Shown: piece after piece, positions 33,201 to 43,211 of the stretch
How the letters are laid out: each line of letters opens with the position of its first letter
How positions within the stretch are numbered: the first letter of the stretch is position 1
NCBI GenBank assembly: GCA_964199315.1
Contig: OZ116704.1
Span: 24,552,001 to 24,616,000 of the forward strand
Direction of reading: 5' to 3'
Length of the DNA: 64,000 nt
Origin: Orbicella franksi
Taxonomy: Eukaryota
The notes under the pieces: generated by a model
What the model saw: only the letters and a program-made list of their open reading frames with translations
Databases searched by the model: none
Told to the model about the DNA's origin: nothing
Made by a program: the position numbers and the translations under genes

Positions 33201-36200
33201 TTTGCCTGATATATTTCATTGCTACACTTATTTTAACAATTCCGGTTTCGCTTTTAAAAAGCGACAGAGTTAAGAATAATACCTTTTTCTCAAATAGTTT
33301 GCCATGCGATGTCCCTGTGCAATAAGTCCCCTAATGCAAACAGTACAAGGGACCAGTCCATGGAACTAGTTCCCTTGTGTAAACTCTTTAAGAGACTAAT
33401 CCGGGGACTATCCCAGGGACTTGCGAAACTTTATAGTTGCTACTGATTAATCGGTTATGTAACTACTAACTGATATATCAAACCACAGTACAGACCTTCT
33501 CGTCTGCTTTCTCTGCTAAAAATTAAAGTTCTGCTCTTTTTCCAGGGGCGTCTCCCTGTCAAGTGGACTGCAATGGAAGCACTGCTTTATGGGACATATT
33601 CAGCAAAAAGCGATGTGTGAGTGCATGTACCGTGATTCAACGTTATACATGTAAATAGGGACTTTAAGATACGCTACGGCGAGGTGCTACTACAGCTACT
33701 TTGGCCGTGAGGGACTAGGCTGACAACGGTGTTTTACCCTCCAAATTCAAATGATTAAGATTTTGCTGTACGGCAATGGTATGTACAGCCTCGACGTGTC
33801 TTTACAAAAATGACTACTTTTAAGGAAACCAGAGATTATTCTACTTTCATACGAAATAGGCTTGATTGATGACAATGATTTCCTTCTCCTGTATCCGTCT
33901 TACATCTCCCAGAACTCAGATTTGCCTTTTAGAATTTGATAGAACCGACTGTAATTCCAACCACAAAACAAAATATAAACTCTGATATAAAAAAGCTTGA
34001 TTTCAACACGGACAGGTTGTTGGTACAACGACTACGTGATAAGGCCGAAAATGCGAAACTTTCGATTATAGTAAAATACATTTTGAACAGTAATCAACAA
34101 TTACAGCTCAGATTAGAACACACGAAGCTTTCTTATAACCGGCTGTTCGGCCCTATACTAATATGACTGAATTGATCCTCTCGCTATAGGTGTTAAAATC
34201 GTTCATATTTTCTGTACAAATGACAAGGAAACAATGATCTTAGAACTGATTTTTATGATTGAGAACTTTATCTTCAAATTAGGCTGTTCAAACAGTCAAA
34301 AAAGCGTTAAAATGTGAAGTAAACAGCAGGCTTATCCTCACGTAGTGAAGAGTACGTGAAACCAGGCACTTTCACGTAGTAGAAAGCGATCCTACGGCGG
34401 GAAAACCGTACTGGTAAGCGCGTCATGACGTCACCGGAAGTGATCTTCACTATCTGCCGCCGTACTACAGCCTAGCCGTGCCATATCTTAAAGTCCCTAA
34501 TGCTGTTTACACAACGGCTTACTCCAGGATGACCATATTACTTTACTTGTTTTATAATGACAACTTCTCTTGCTCGTCCATGATAAGACAGGAAAGATAT
34601 ACTGCACCAATTAATGTTAACTGATTGGACATGTCTCGGGTTGTCTGAAAGGTAGATAACACTATCCAGCGGATAGCGTGGTTTGTTTTGTCAGCAGTTA
34701 TCCACTGGATAACGATTTCTCCTGTGGCCAGACTGGTATTTTTAAATTCGTCAGAGGCTTTGTGCTCCAAGGATTGTTTGTTGTTATTATTTACATGTAA
34801 ACAAGGATTTTTTGCCTAAGAGATAAGAGAAAGTTCTTCCAAATCTTGTCATACATATTCATAAGCTGCAAAATTATACTACTATTTATAACATAATCCC
34901 TTAAAAGGGCAGTAGTAAAATAGCATCCACAGTCCGAAGAACTTCCAATGCTATTATTTTTAAGTATCAAGGTTTATTTTCACCATGCCATAACTATTAT
35001 TTCAACACTTATTTGTCTAACAGGTGGAGTTATGGAGTTCTTCTTTACGAGATTTTCACGATAGGTAAGCTAGGTAGCGGCTTGCACCTTCGTAGTTTGT
35101 TTACTGCGCCTTTCCATAACACGCGACATCTGCTCAATCAACGGTCACGTGCTTCGCTATCGATAATCATCTTAACGGGCCTTTCGGGGCACAGAAACTA
35201 ACTTCAGTATTTTCAAACGTCATATCTGTGGGATGTGAGTGGTAGATCTCGATCCATATTGTTTTTTTTTTTTTTTTTTTTTTTTTTCCAACGTTCGTTG
35301 GTGGTCGTCGTAATTATGATTTACGGGAGCCAAAAACACTATCGTTAGTTAGGGTTTGAAGTTCGCGTGTTGTTGAAAGGCGCGGAAATATATGTAATAA
35401 AGGAGGTTACAGTCAGTTTGGTGGAGTAGCTCTGTTGGGCTTTTACGCTTGGAAACTAGAGCGTCCAGGTTCAAGTTCCTGTCTAACCCTAGCTGGAGTT
35501 TCTTTACCACAGACCCGAGGTCAACTCTTCGACCAGGTTTGTAAGATAGCTAACTGGTCTGTTCCTCTCAAATAGCATTCACAATTTTTTATATCCTGAT
35601 TTCAATATTCGTCTCTAATGTTTGTTTTGTTTTCCTCGAATTGCCTCTCATTAGGAGAAGATACTTAATGATTTTTTTTAATACCAACCATTTTACCTAA
35701 ACTGCTGCAGAAATGGTTACAATTTTGAGACTGTGTTTATTTTGGAAGGAATCGTGGTCTTGATGTCTTCTATAAAATGTACTCTTCCAGGTGGCTCACC
35801 ATATCCACGGATGGATGGCAGAAAAATTGTACACTGGCTACAGCGAGGACACAGAATGTCGAAGCCACAACACGTGGATGAAAAATTGTAATCACTCTTA
35901 TTTTTACCTTTTATGTCAACATTATTGTTGAACATGAAACTAGTTGCCGTAGTTGCTTGAGTTCTACCATTTAATAGAATTAGTCTTTAGGCGCCTGCCG
36001 GCTAGGAGAAGAGATGACATGAGATGCTAAATGAATACCAGTATCAAGAAATTATTATCCTGAATTATCTAGTTCACCAAGTAGCCTAACTAAAACGTCA
36101 GCACCACCTACCCCCGCACCCTTTACTCTTTGCCTCTTCCCCGTTCCCCTGAAAGAGATGCTATTCCATTTAAGTTTATCCACCCAACAAGTTTTTCTCC

Positions 36201-37116
36201 TTGGTCCAAAATTTCAACAATACAAAAAACCTTCAGGGCCGTAGCCACGGCTCAAACACAGACCACTAATAATCACCATTAGGCCACCACGCCTCCTAAC
36301 GGATGTAACATCATGACTTCTTAATTTATTCAATTTTAGATATGGAATAATGACGAAATGTTGGCAAGAAAACCCGGATAAAAGACCAACATTTACTGAA
36401 CTGAGGAATGAACTCAAACAAATGGAAAACCAATACAAGGTAAGCTAATGGCAGATTGATTTTCAATTGTCAAAATTAATTTCAGTCATAAAACAGCACT
36501 AGGGATGTTTATCAGGAGTTGTAGTGAATCAGCCCAGAGGGCTGTTATTTGCAAAAACTGTTAAAACGTACCATAACCACAATAATCACATCTGTGTAGT
36601 GGATTACAACACACGCAAGAAATCAAGGGAAAGGATTGATCAGAACTTGTAGTAAGACCTTTTAATAGTTCTTTTCACGGATAATTTTTATTTTTTGGAA
36701 TATGCAGAAATTCAACGGGGATGCGAGGCATTTCGGGTAAAAACAACATTGGCCAAAAGTACCTCTCATTCAAGTTGGATTATATTATGCATGATGCAAA
36801 TAATAAACAATTACCGAAACAACCTATTGGATACTTGCACGGTAAAAGTTCCAAGACCCCCTTGCAAGCCAAGTGACTGTTTTGATTATCAACCTTATTG
36901 CCTGACACGTCTGTTGTTATTGGCTAGAGCTTAGCAAATGAGAAGGAATCAGATGGCTTTCCTTCCATACACGTAAATTACGTGTCTTAAGGTAACAAGG
37001 ACAAACGTATCAAATGACCGATTACTCTTGTCATATTTTTTTCTCCGCAGAGGTTGATCAACATGGAAATGTATGACAAGCAGTTGTACGCAAACGTTGA
37101 AGATTTGGTCGTGTAG
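14948..37116 (+). CDS. RTK copy B: intact 19-exon gene, 871 aa; SP-IgV-Ig-Ig-SEA-stalk-TM-tyrosine kinase (RET/FGFR/Cad96Ca-like kinase group)
   Basis: Exon lengths 67,378,264,240,98,59,191,120,19,43,337,111,191,123,71,41,97,100,66 sum to 2616 nt with matching phases and no stop; [34 protein letters not shown] present. Confidence 0.9.
17269..17646 (+). CDS. Copy B exon 2: V-type Ig-like domain
   Basis: [13 protein letters not shown]...EEAVYQC; phase 1-1; TTTTAG acceptor, GTGAGC donor. Confidence 0.88.
17930..18650 (+). mobile_element. 5'-truncated Penelope-like element (GIY-YIG endonuclease remnant plus 3' end)
   Basis: LPYVEGVSE...[29 protein letters not shown]; in-frame stops; boundaries approximate. 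Confidence 0.88.
18559..18600 (+). ncRNA. Minimal type I hammerhead ribozyme motif at the Penelope 3' end
   Basis: CGC-CTGAAGA-A-GACT(loop)AGTC-GAAA-CGTC-GCG: stem I CGC/GCG, stem II GACT/AGTC, palindromic ACGT stem III, GUC triplet. Confidence 0.7.
18790..19290 (+). mobile_element. Degenerate LINE ORF2 fragment (endonuclease-RT linker, CR1 group)
   Basis: TWKTITNLM...[17 protein letters not shown], then [11 protein letters not shown]...GIFPDEWK in shifted frames. Confidence 0.75.
19520..19670 (+). mobile_element. 3' end of tRNA-derived SINE with (TACC)n tail
   Basis: CAGAAACCGGGATAAACTCCGGCATGATAGGCCACTTGGCTCG matches 46190-46240; orthologous position in copy C. Confidence 0.75.
21007..21270 (+). 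CDS. Copy B exon 3: I-set Ig domain
   Basis: [15 protein letters not shown]...[11 protein letters not shown]; phase 1-1. Confidence 0.92.
21913..23010. mobile_element. Non-autonomous DNA transposon with about 220-bp TIRs built from ACATGT repeats (Harbinger-like)
   Basis: 21913-22135 is the imperfect reverse complement of 22780-23010; absent from the orthologous intron of copy C. Confidence 0.8.
23411..23650 (+). CDS. Copy B exon 4: third Ig domain with an extra Cys pair ([11 protein letters not shown])
   Basis: [11 protein letters not shown]...[12 protein letters not shown]; phase 1-1. Confidence 0.92.
23925..24292. mobile_element. Harbinger-like MITE (AGGGACCTTA...TAAGGTCCCT); also 51529-51891 and inverted at about 61815-62085
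   Basis: Inverted termini with GACGGCGACGGC subterminal repeats; shared by the paralogs. Confidence 0.65.
24512..24609 (+). CDS. Copy B exon 5: SEA domain N-terminal part ([32 protein letters not shown])
   Basis: Phase 1-0; conserved in copy C; an alternative acceptor 6 nt downstream (24518) is also in frame. Confidence 0.8.
24772..25466. mobile_element. pogo/Tc1-like MITE, left end deleted in copy B
   Basis: GTCCGCTTAATA subterminal repeats; right end TAATACAGGTTTGGCT; full copy at 52605-53560. Confidence 0.6.
25809..25867 (+). CDS. Copy B exon 6: SEA middle ([20 protein letters not shown])
   Basis: TTTCAG acceptor, GTATGC donor; phase 0-2. Confidence 0.85.
26779..26969 (+). CDS. Copy B exon 7: SEA C-terminal part ([12 protein letters not shown]...) plus Thr/Ser stalk
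   Basis: R-x-G-[CS]-V-I-V-D-L-x-L-x-F SEA signature; phase 2-1. Confidence 0.85.
27840..27959 (+). CDS. Copy B exon 8: CGDCACSC motif, transmembrane helix, LHKK stop-transfer
   Basis: [23 protein letters not shown]; phase 1-1; GTGAGC donor. Confidence 0.9.
28403..28421 (+). CDS. Copy B exon 9: 19-nt micro-exon (E-TATRD-R)
   Basis: Polypyrimidine-AG acceptor and AG/GTAAGC donor; needed to convert phase 1 to phase 2; conserved at 62861-62879. Confidence 0.85.
28535..28765 (+). mobile_element. tRNA-derived SINE (diverged); truncated orthologue at about 62993-63128
   Basis: GGTGGCCTGGTGTTTAG A-box, CGTTCAAGCC B-box, TTCTTGGGTAAGACGC core; similar to 45948-46260. Confidence 0.75.
29030..29072 (+). 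CDS. Copy B exon 10 ([14 protein letters not shown])
   Basis: TTTTTTAG acceptor, GTAGGT donor; phase 2-0. Confidence 0.75.
29755..30091 (+). CDS. Copy B exon 11: juxtamembrane region, Gly-rich loop and VAIK
   Basis: [26 protein letters not shown]...VAIKKLR; phase 0-1. Confidence 0.92.
30201..30332. repeat. (AAT)n microsatellite blocks
   Basis: Direct read. Confidence 0.9.
31370..31480 (+). CDS. Copy B exon 12: alphaC helix ([37 protein letters not shown])
   Basis: GCAG acceptor, GTAAAT donor; phase 1-1. Confidence 0.93.
32032..32222 (+). CDS. Copy B exon 13: hinge and kinase insert ([24 protein letters not shown]...[14 protein letters not shown])
   Basis: Phase 1-0; GTACGT donor. Confidence 0.93.
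32859..32981 (+). CDS. Copy B exon 14: catalytic loop, DFG and activation loop; GC-AG donor
   Basis: [14 protein letters not shown]...[19 protein letters not shown]; donor AAG/GCAAGA joins in frame to GRLPVKW. Confidence 0.92.
33129..33162 (+). ncRNA. Degenerate hammerhead motif, orthologue of 3610-3643
   Basis: GCA-CTGACGA-A-GGGG-TAAC-GCTC-GAAA-TGTT-AGC. Confidence 0.5.
33546..33616 (+). CDS. Copy B exon 15 ([24 protein letters not shown])
   Basis: TCCAG acceptor, GTGAGT donor; phase 0-2. Confidence 0.93.
33657..34498 (+). mobile_element. PIF/Harbinger-derived non-autonomous element with a transposase N-terminal remnant
   Basis: TIR AGGGACTTTAAGATA / TATCTTAAAGTCCCT; 3-bp TSD AAT; absent from copy A; [31 protein letters not shown] at 33810-33930. 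Confidence 0.8.
35024..35064 (+). CDS. Copy B exon 16 ([14 protein letters not shown])
   Basis: Phase 2-1; AACAG acceptor, GTAAGC donor. Confidence 0.93.
35791..35887 (+). CDS. Copy B exon 17 ([33 protein letters not shown])
   Basis: Phase 1-2; TCCAG acceptor, GTAATC donor. Confidence 0.93.
36340..36439 (+). CDS. Copy B exon 18 ([33 protein letters not shown])
   Basis: Phase 2-0; CW...RP-F motif of subdomain XI. Confidence 0.93.
37051..37116 (+). CDS. Copy B exon 19 ([21 protein letters not shown])
   Basis: CCGCAG acceptor; TAG stop; conserved in copy A. Confidence 0.88.
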   Translation, partial: RLINMEMYDKQLYANVEDLVV

Positions 37117-40100
37117 GAGATAATAATAATAGTTTAAGAGACAGTACTGACTAGGCGTATAAACAGCCTAATAGTTTCTCCCATAACTCATCACAATTAG
37201 TGCAGTGATGATATATTTTGGCTTTGGAGTTTGAATGTTAGAAGAAGATATGTATTAGGTTGGATTATAGTCTAAGGCTTTTGAAACCGTTTTTTGCACT
37301 TATCCAAAATTTCCTCAGTGGAACTATAAAAATGAACTTGGATGGAATTATTTCACTAAGCTAAGCTCGCGAAAAAAAAATATATTTGTTTGGTCTTGAC
37401 TTTTATACAAGAAAAAGAATGCATATTTTGTCAGAACTTCTCCGGCGATAGGCTGTTGTTGAAGAAATTTTTGCTCTGGCTAAGTAAGGTTCTTACAAAT
37501 TTATTTAAATGGTATTTCGAATCCCTTGTCAATGATCCCTTGTAACCATTTCACCTAACGACGTGCCCTTAGATGGTATACAACCTGAATGTAATTATGA
37601 ATTCTCAGTTCTAAGTTATAAGCTCTTTAACTTATAAGTTCCGTAATTATAAGTTCATTACCTTATCAACGAGACAGAAATATCCTGGCAGGCTCATAAG
37701 GAAGACACGCCAATCACCCCTGATAGTGCCATAATGTGAGCATTATTGTGCAAATGGTGTTGTTGTTCAAGACACGACTAGTATACAGACGGAGGAAGTG
37801 AGTTGTTGCCAAAATGTCTCGTGATTTGTCGCCAAGTGTTCTTAATTTTTTTGTAGCAAGTAAAAGTTTAAAACTTTCTATTTGAAGCCGTTCCGAGTAA
37901 ATAAAACTCGTTCCCGAACCCGTCAGACACTCAGTAGAGATATAATATCTTACTAACCTCGTTTTCTCGGTCCGTACTGTAAGTTACAGATCCTCGTTTA
38001 TCCCTTTCGATTTATGGCCCGACTCGGTTAGTAAGAGGTATATATCCCACGAGAAAGTGTTGCATAATAGTTTAATTCCATGCCACAGAAAATACAGTGG
38101 CAACACAATTAATGCAGTGCGCAACGGGAAGGTCGAGCGTAACTTTGCTGAGTATTCAACGGCTTTCCTGTTTTCTGCTGATTGACTATTTCCTATGGCA
38201 TGGTATAAATCATAAATATAAACTCAGCTTTGTACTAGATGTTTTGCTGTAGTTTAGCTGAGTAGACTAAATATACTAAGCATTTTGAATAGATGTTAAT
38301 TTAAACTGAAAGTCTCATTGTTGTGTTTTTGAAGTTTTTCCCCGAGTCAATTTTTACGCTAATTAAAGTTTCTGGTTCACTGTCCATCCTAAACGTGTTC
38401 TCTTTTTTCATTTTTTTTTTTTTCAGTCCCTAGTTTTCAAGTAAATTTCGATTATTGCATAAGAAGAGAAAAAAACCTGGGAAACGTTTTTTTGGTTTGA
38501 ATCCTGTGCCTTAGTATAATTAAGGTAGTCCTTAAAAATTAGACTCTTTTGGGACCAAAGGCTGTTTATTATTTAACCCACTTCTACCATTTCCATTCCC
38601 CCATGCGGGAAAAGCGAAACTGGAAACTGAATTATAAATTGATTGATTGATTGATTGATTGATTGGCTGGTTGGTTGGTTGGTTGATTGAAAAGTGTGAT
38701 TTTACACAAGGAATAAATAGCTATGTTTCCAAAGTTGACTTAAATTGTAACTCGTCGAAAAAAGCTGGATTTAATGAAAAACCGCATTTGCTTTAGCATT
38801 TAAAGAAACCGGAAGTGCCCGCGGTATCTGACGGAAGTTACCCTAATTAGCGCGTGCGCAGTTTACACTACCAGCGGCTCGATAAAATCAAATGAGGCAC
38901 ACGAAAGCCACATGGAGATGGTTTTCTTTTCTTTTGCGATTGTTTTTCTGTTTTTCTTTTAGTTTGTTTTTGCTTGTGCTTGGTTACTTTGATTTTTGTG
39001 AAACACAAAGAAAAAACGTCTTAAGTGTAACCAAATTTGAGAGTTTTTGAATTGTTTAAATTTTCCGTGCCCAGGCTGACGCAAGTGAAATTTCACCTCC
39101 TTAGCAACGCGAGCGCGCTCATGAATCGATTAATGGACCCTTAAGACTGAAATAAGTTGTCAGGGCTGTGCTGTAGAGGCGCCCGGGTACCACAGGCGAC
39201 AAACGTCGCCTGTTCTGATATAAGCTTAAGTGCTGGGCACCCAGGATTTCATGGTTAGGAACCTTTTTACCACAATTGCTGCTAATCTCGCAATTTGATT
39301 GGCTAATTTGCCGTAAGTAAGTAAAGTAAGTAAAATTATTTACCAAAGAGGAATAATAATAAAAATGTATATACAATTAAAATATGTAGCATGTATACAT
39401 TGTACAATAAAACAATGGGTATATATGAGGTAGTCTCTAAGAATTGCAAAGGTTACGGCAGCTATTGTTGTTATTTAGGAGTGACGTCGATAAGAGTCCA
39501 TTCCACGCTGCTCGCGTCAATGTGTCGGGCAATGTGTCGTTCCGGTACTCTACGCGTCATCACAATGGTCAAAATTTGTTATGGACTCGGCTGCGCCTCG
39601 TGAGTCCACAACATTTTGACCACTGTAGGTAATGACGCGTACTCGTTGTCGATAAGAGTACAGACCACGCTAAACCACATTCGATTTGTTAATTAGGTCA
39701 CAGCCTTGGTTGTTACAATTACATGAACCTGGATGAGGAAATTTCAGCTAAATACATTAAATTGCTTCTAAGGCTGGTTGCTTCAAATTTTTGATATTTC
39801 ATTCCGCTAATTCTCCCCTTTCAAAGCAGCACCATATTTACTGAAACGCAGCGAGCTTAGTATAAATGGCGATCAAATTTTCGCTCTGATATACACTATG
39901 AATTGTGTTTCCAAACAAGAAGACTTCGTTTTGCTTTTAAACACGAAAGTAAACCATTCCTAGAGGGTAGTGTCATGTTTTCAAGTACCTGTTTAATCAA
40001 CAAGATGGACACACAAGGCAGGGGGCTGGGAACTTATTCCTGATACCCATAATTCTCTGGTTTATTGTTATAACAACTGATCTAAACTGAGTTTGTAGAT

Positions 40101-40121
40101 AAATTATCGGACGAATGAATC

Positions 40122-40188
40122 TTGGCGGAAGTTACTACAAATAATGTCTGGTTCCTCGCAGTTGGTCTTATTTTTCTTCCTCTTACAG
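40122..40188 (+). pseudogene. Copy C exon 1 (TTG start; AEVTTNNVWFLAVGLIFLPLT)
   Basis: GAATGAATCTTGGCGGAAG vs GAATGAATCATGGCGGAAG in copy B. Confidence 0.88.
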
Positions 40189-42726
40189 GTAAGAATCGTG
40201 TTTCTACCTTTGTTGAGTTTGGATTGTAATTTTTTAGATTCGACCAGTCTATATATTTACTTGAGGCAGATTCCTTTAAAGTTTAATCTTAAGGAATAGT
40301 AAATATGCTAGCGGTAGTTGAAATTTAACCTGTCTTAGTTAACTCGCAATCAAGTATTGCCAGATTATGTTTTCGTAGCTCCGGCACAGCATTCAACAAT
40401 CTTAGACTGTCAGTTAAATTAAGATGAAGACGGCCACAATTTTATCATTGAAGCTGCTACTACTGTTATTTTAGAATTCATCTTCAAGGCATCAGCGCAG
40501 AAGCGTGTCTTGCAGTATTGTGTATATATACCTTTAATCGATGTTTTCCGCTTTCGGTTGATAGATCAATTCAAGTAACACCACAGGGTGTTGATAAGAG
40601 AGAGCCTGTGTTAATTTGTTTCTTGTTTGACTGTAAATGTCTTTTCGAAGGCGTTCGTGCTGAAGCGCTACGCATAAACAGTTGGCTATTACAGTTTGAG
40701 TTCGTCTAGAATGTGAACATTTCTTGTCACGATACACGTACGTCACGCTATGCTTAATAAAAAAATAATATTATCGTCTTATTTCTCTGAACATCCTGTT
40801 TCGGAAATTTGTTCTTTCAGTTGCTCTTACAGCACTTAAAACCCTTTCTAGGAGTAGCGAGTAAATTAAAGTAATAAGTCTGATGGAGAGCATGGCAAGT
40901 ATTCTGCGAAGTTCTCAGAACACAAAACACGGCTGTTGGCAAGGTTTTGCTAATTCTGTAATTATTCGTGCGTTCTCATTTTCGTTTGCTCGTTGATTTA
41001 ATTTTTTTGTTCAATAATTCATTGATAAGCTTAACTATACGCCAATTGTAAAAGAATAACACGTCTTTTTTTCGCAAGGGCTGTACTCACAAGTACTATA
41101 TTATTATATATTATTTGATTTCTGTATATTAGCAGCTCTCCTGTATTGTAATGCGAACCGTTTCTTTCTTTAAGGTTACTCTTTAAACCTTCGCGGGGCT
41201 ACCTTTGCTAAATTCTTCTTCTTCTTCTTCTTTTTTTTTTTTTCAACCAAATTGAAGTTCATTTTTCAAGGTAACATTAAAAAAAAGAATTAAAATAGAA
41301 TATCAAAAGGAGCGCGGGGTATTGGGGAAAAGAAATTTTTACGAAGTCACTGATACCCAAAGGCATGGACTTCTAATCGACCTTTCGCGGCAAACTGCTT
41401 ATTCCAGGGATCCTTACTATAACAGATACTTTCAATTTTAGATTTCATGTCCGTCAAGAGTGCCTCCTTGTAATCACGCTTAGGCAATTTCACCTAGGTT
41501 TCTTTTTGTTTTGTTGCACATCGCTTTTCTTCCGTTTTGCCCATTATTGCTAACCACCGACCCAATACGTTTGGGCCTAAAACGTGAAACGTGAACGTAA
41601 TACTGTAAACGCTAGGCGCTCTGTTATTTCACTTGCTGGAGGCTTTTTGAGTTGACATATCCCTCTGAAGAGGGTCGTACCGGAGGGGAGGGATCTCTGA
41701 AACGGTTCACGAACGGAAAAAATAGAGGATCACGGATCACGTATGTAAAAATTTCGTTTTTCTGAATCAGGAAAATAAGAAAGTAAGTCATATTTTGTAA
41801 CCGTTATTTCTGAAGATGTGTGTTGTAAAATACGAAACGTCAAGTTTAATAATACCATGCGTAATCTATTTTTTATGTTTGTTACCGCTGCTTGGTTTCT
41901 CTTTCTCCTGAAAGTAAGACACTCTTTTAAACAATCTGTCCTTGCACTACAGAGAGTGTTTGAAGAAAGCAAAATCGTGAAAGGCTAAGTCAAGGCTCCA
42001 TATTGCAAATCGTATACCTAAGTCACTCTCGACAGACGACTCTAACCATTCGGAGGACTCGCGTCTCAAAATCACGTAGAAAAGAGTGGTGAGATCACGA
42101 TTAGCGGTTAGTAATTCAAGTTTTTCACGGGTCACGCAAAACCTTCAAGTCGCGGATCACGAAGAATGATTTAAACGGAAATAAAACCAGCTAATCACGC
42201 ATCACGAGAATACCCCTGAAAAGGCGTGACCAGATGCGGCCCAGACGTTGAATACGATTAATACGTGACGTTATGCTCTTGGCGATTGCGTGATAATTTT
42301 AGCCGTTTATAAGAAAATGTATGAGAACGCTTCGAAAATTGCTCTAGATGCTGCTTGTAATTTAAATAAGGGTGGCTTACCTTATGTTTGTATTGTGTTT
42401 TCTTGATGTCTCTGTGTTCCTGGAGGCGTTTTAGAGCCATTTTGATATGATTGGTCTAATACTGTCACGTGAACCGTGTCCAACACCGCCGGAGCTTACC
42501 CTTAATAAAATGTCATGTTGTTGTCTTTTGAAAATGATTCGATAGTTCAGAAAAATAAGCGCATAAAAATTGGCCGCAGAATTTGTAAAGGATGCTCATA
42601 CTAATGTTCTGACGGTTTTCCCGGAGAATAATCGAGCGTGTCATTTGTGAGCCTAACTTTTAAAATGTAGTTTAGAAAATCGAGGAGACAAAAAAAATTT
42701 CTTAGTAATATTTGATTTTTTTTTAG

Positions 42727-43110
42727 CGACTTCAGTAACGTGGACAGCACCTCCTCCTCAGTGGACACAGACGGATCCAACTGACATCAGAACAGTTGAT
42801 AAGCCAGTGTTAAATGGAAGTACTCGGGTGGCTCTGAGGTGGAGTTATTCTCTGTCTTCTGGTTCACTGATATCAACTACATTTTCTATAAGATTGAATA
42901 ATGGCAGCTTTGATGATATTGGAACGCGAACTGGTGATACTACTACAATATTTAAACGAAATGATTACGCAGCACGTTTTGGTATCAGTAGAAGTGAACG
43001 GGCCACCTTGATAATAAAAAATGTCATTGAAACAGAAGAAGCAGTTTATCAATTCAAGCTTACAACGGATTCAAACCAATGGAGTTACAGAATACGAGTC
43101 ATTGTAACAG
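42727..43110 (+). pseudogene. Copy C exon 2: V-type Ig domain (384 nt, YQC changed to YQF)
   Basis: Open frame; splice sites intact. Confidence 0.88.
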
Positions 43111-43211
43111 GTGAGCATTTTTATGTTTATTGTACTAATCTATGTAGCCTGCGTCGCAGTCGGTCTAAACCGCCGGTATAGTCCGTCTGCCCAGATTTTT
43201 TTTCAGATTTT

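Noticed and set aside
33570-33581. AME instead of APE in kinase subdomain VIII as a sign of a pseudokinase
   Set aside because: The Glu is retained, and from recall related cnidarian RTKs also lack the Pro here; K, E, HRD and DFG are all intact.
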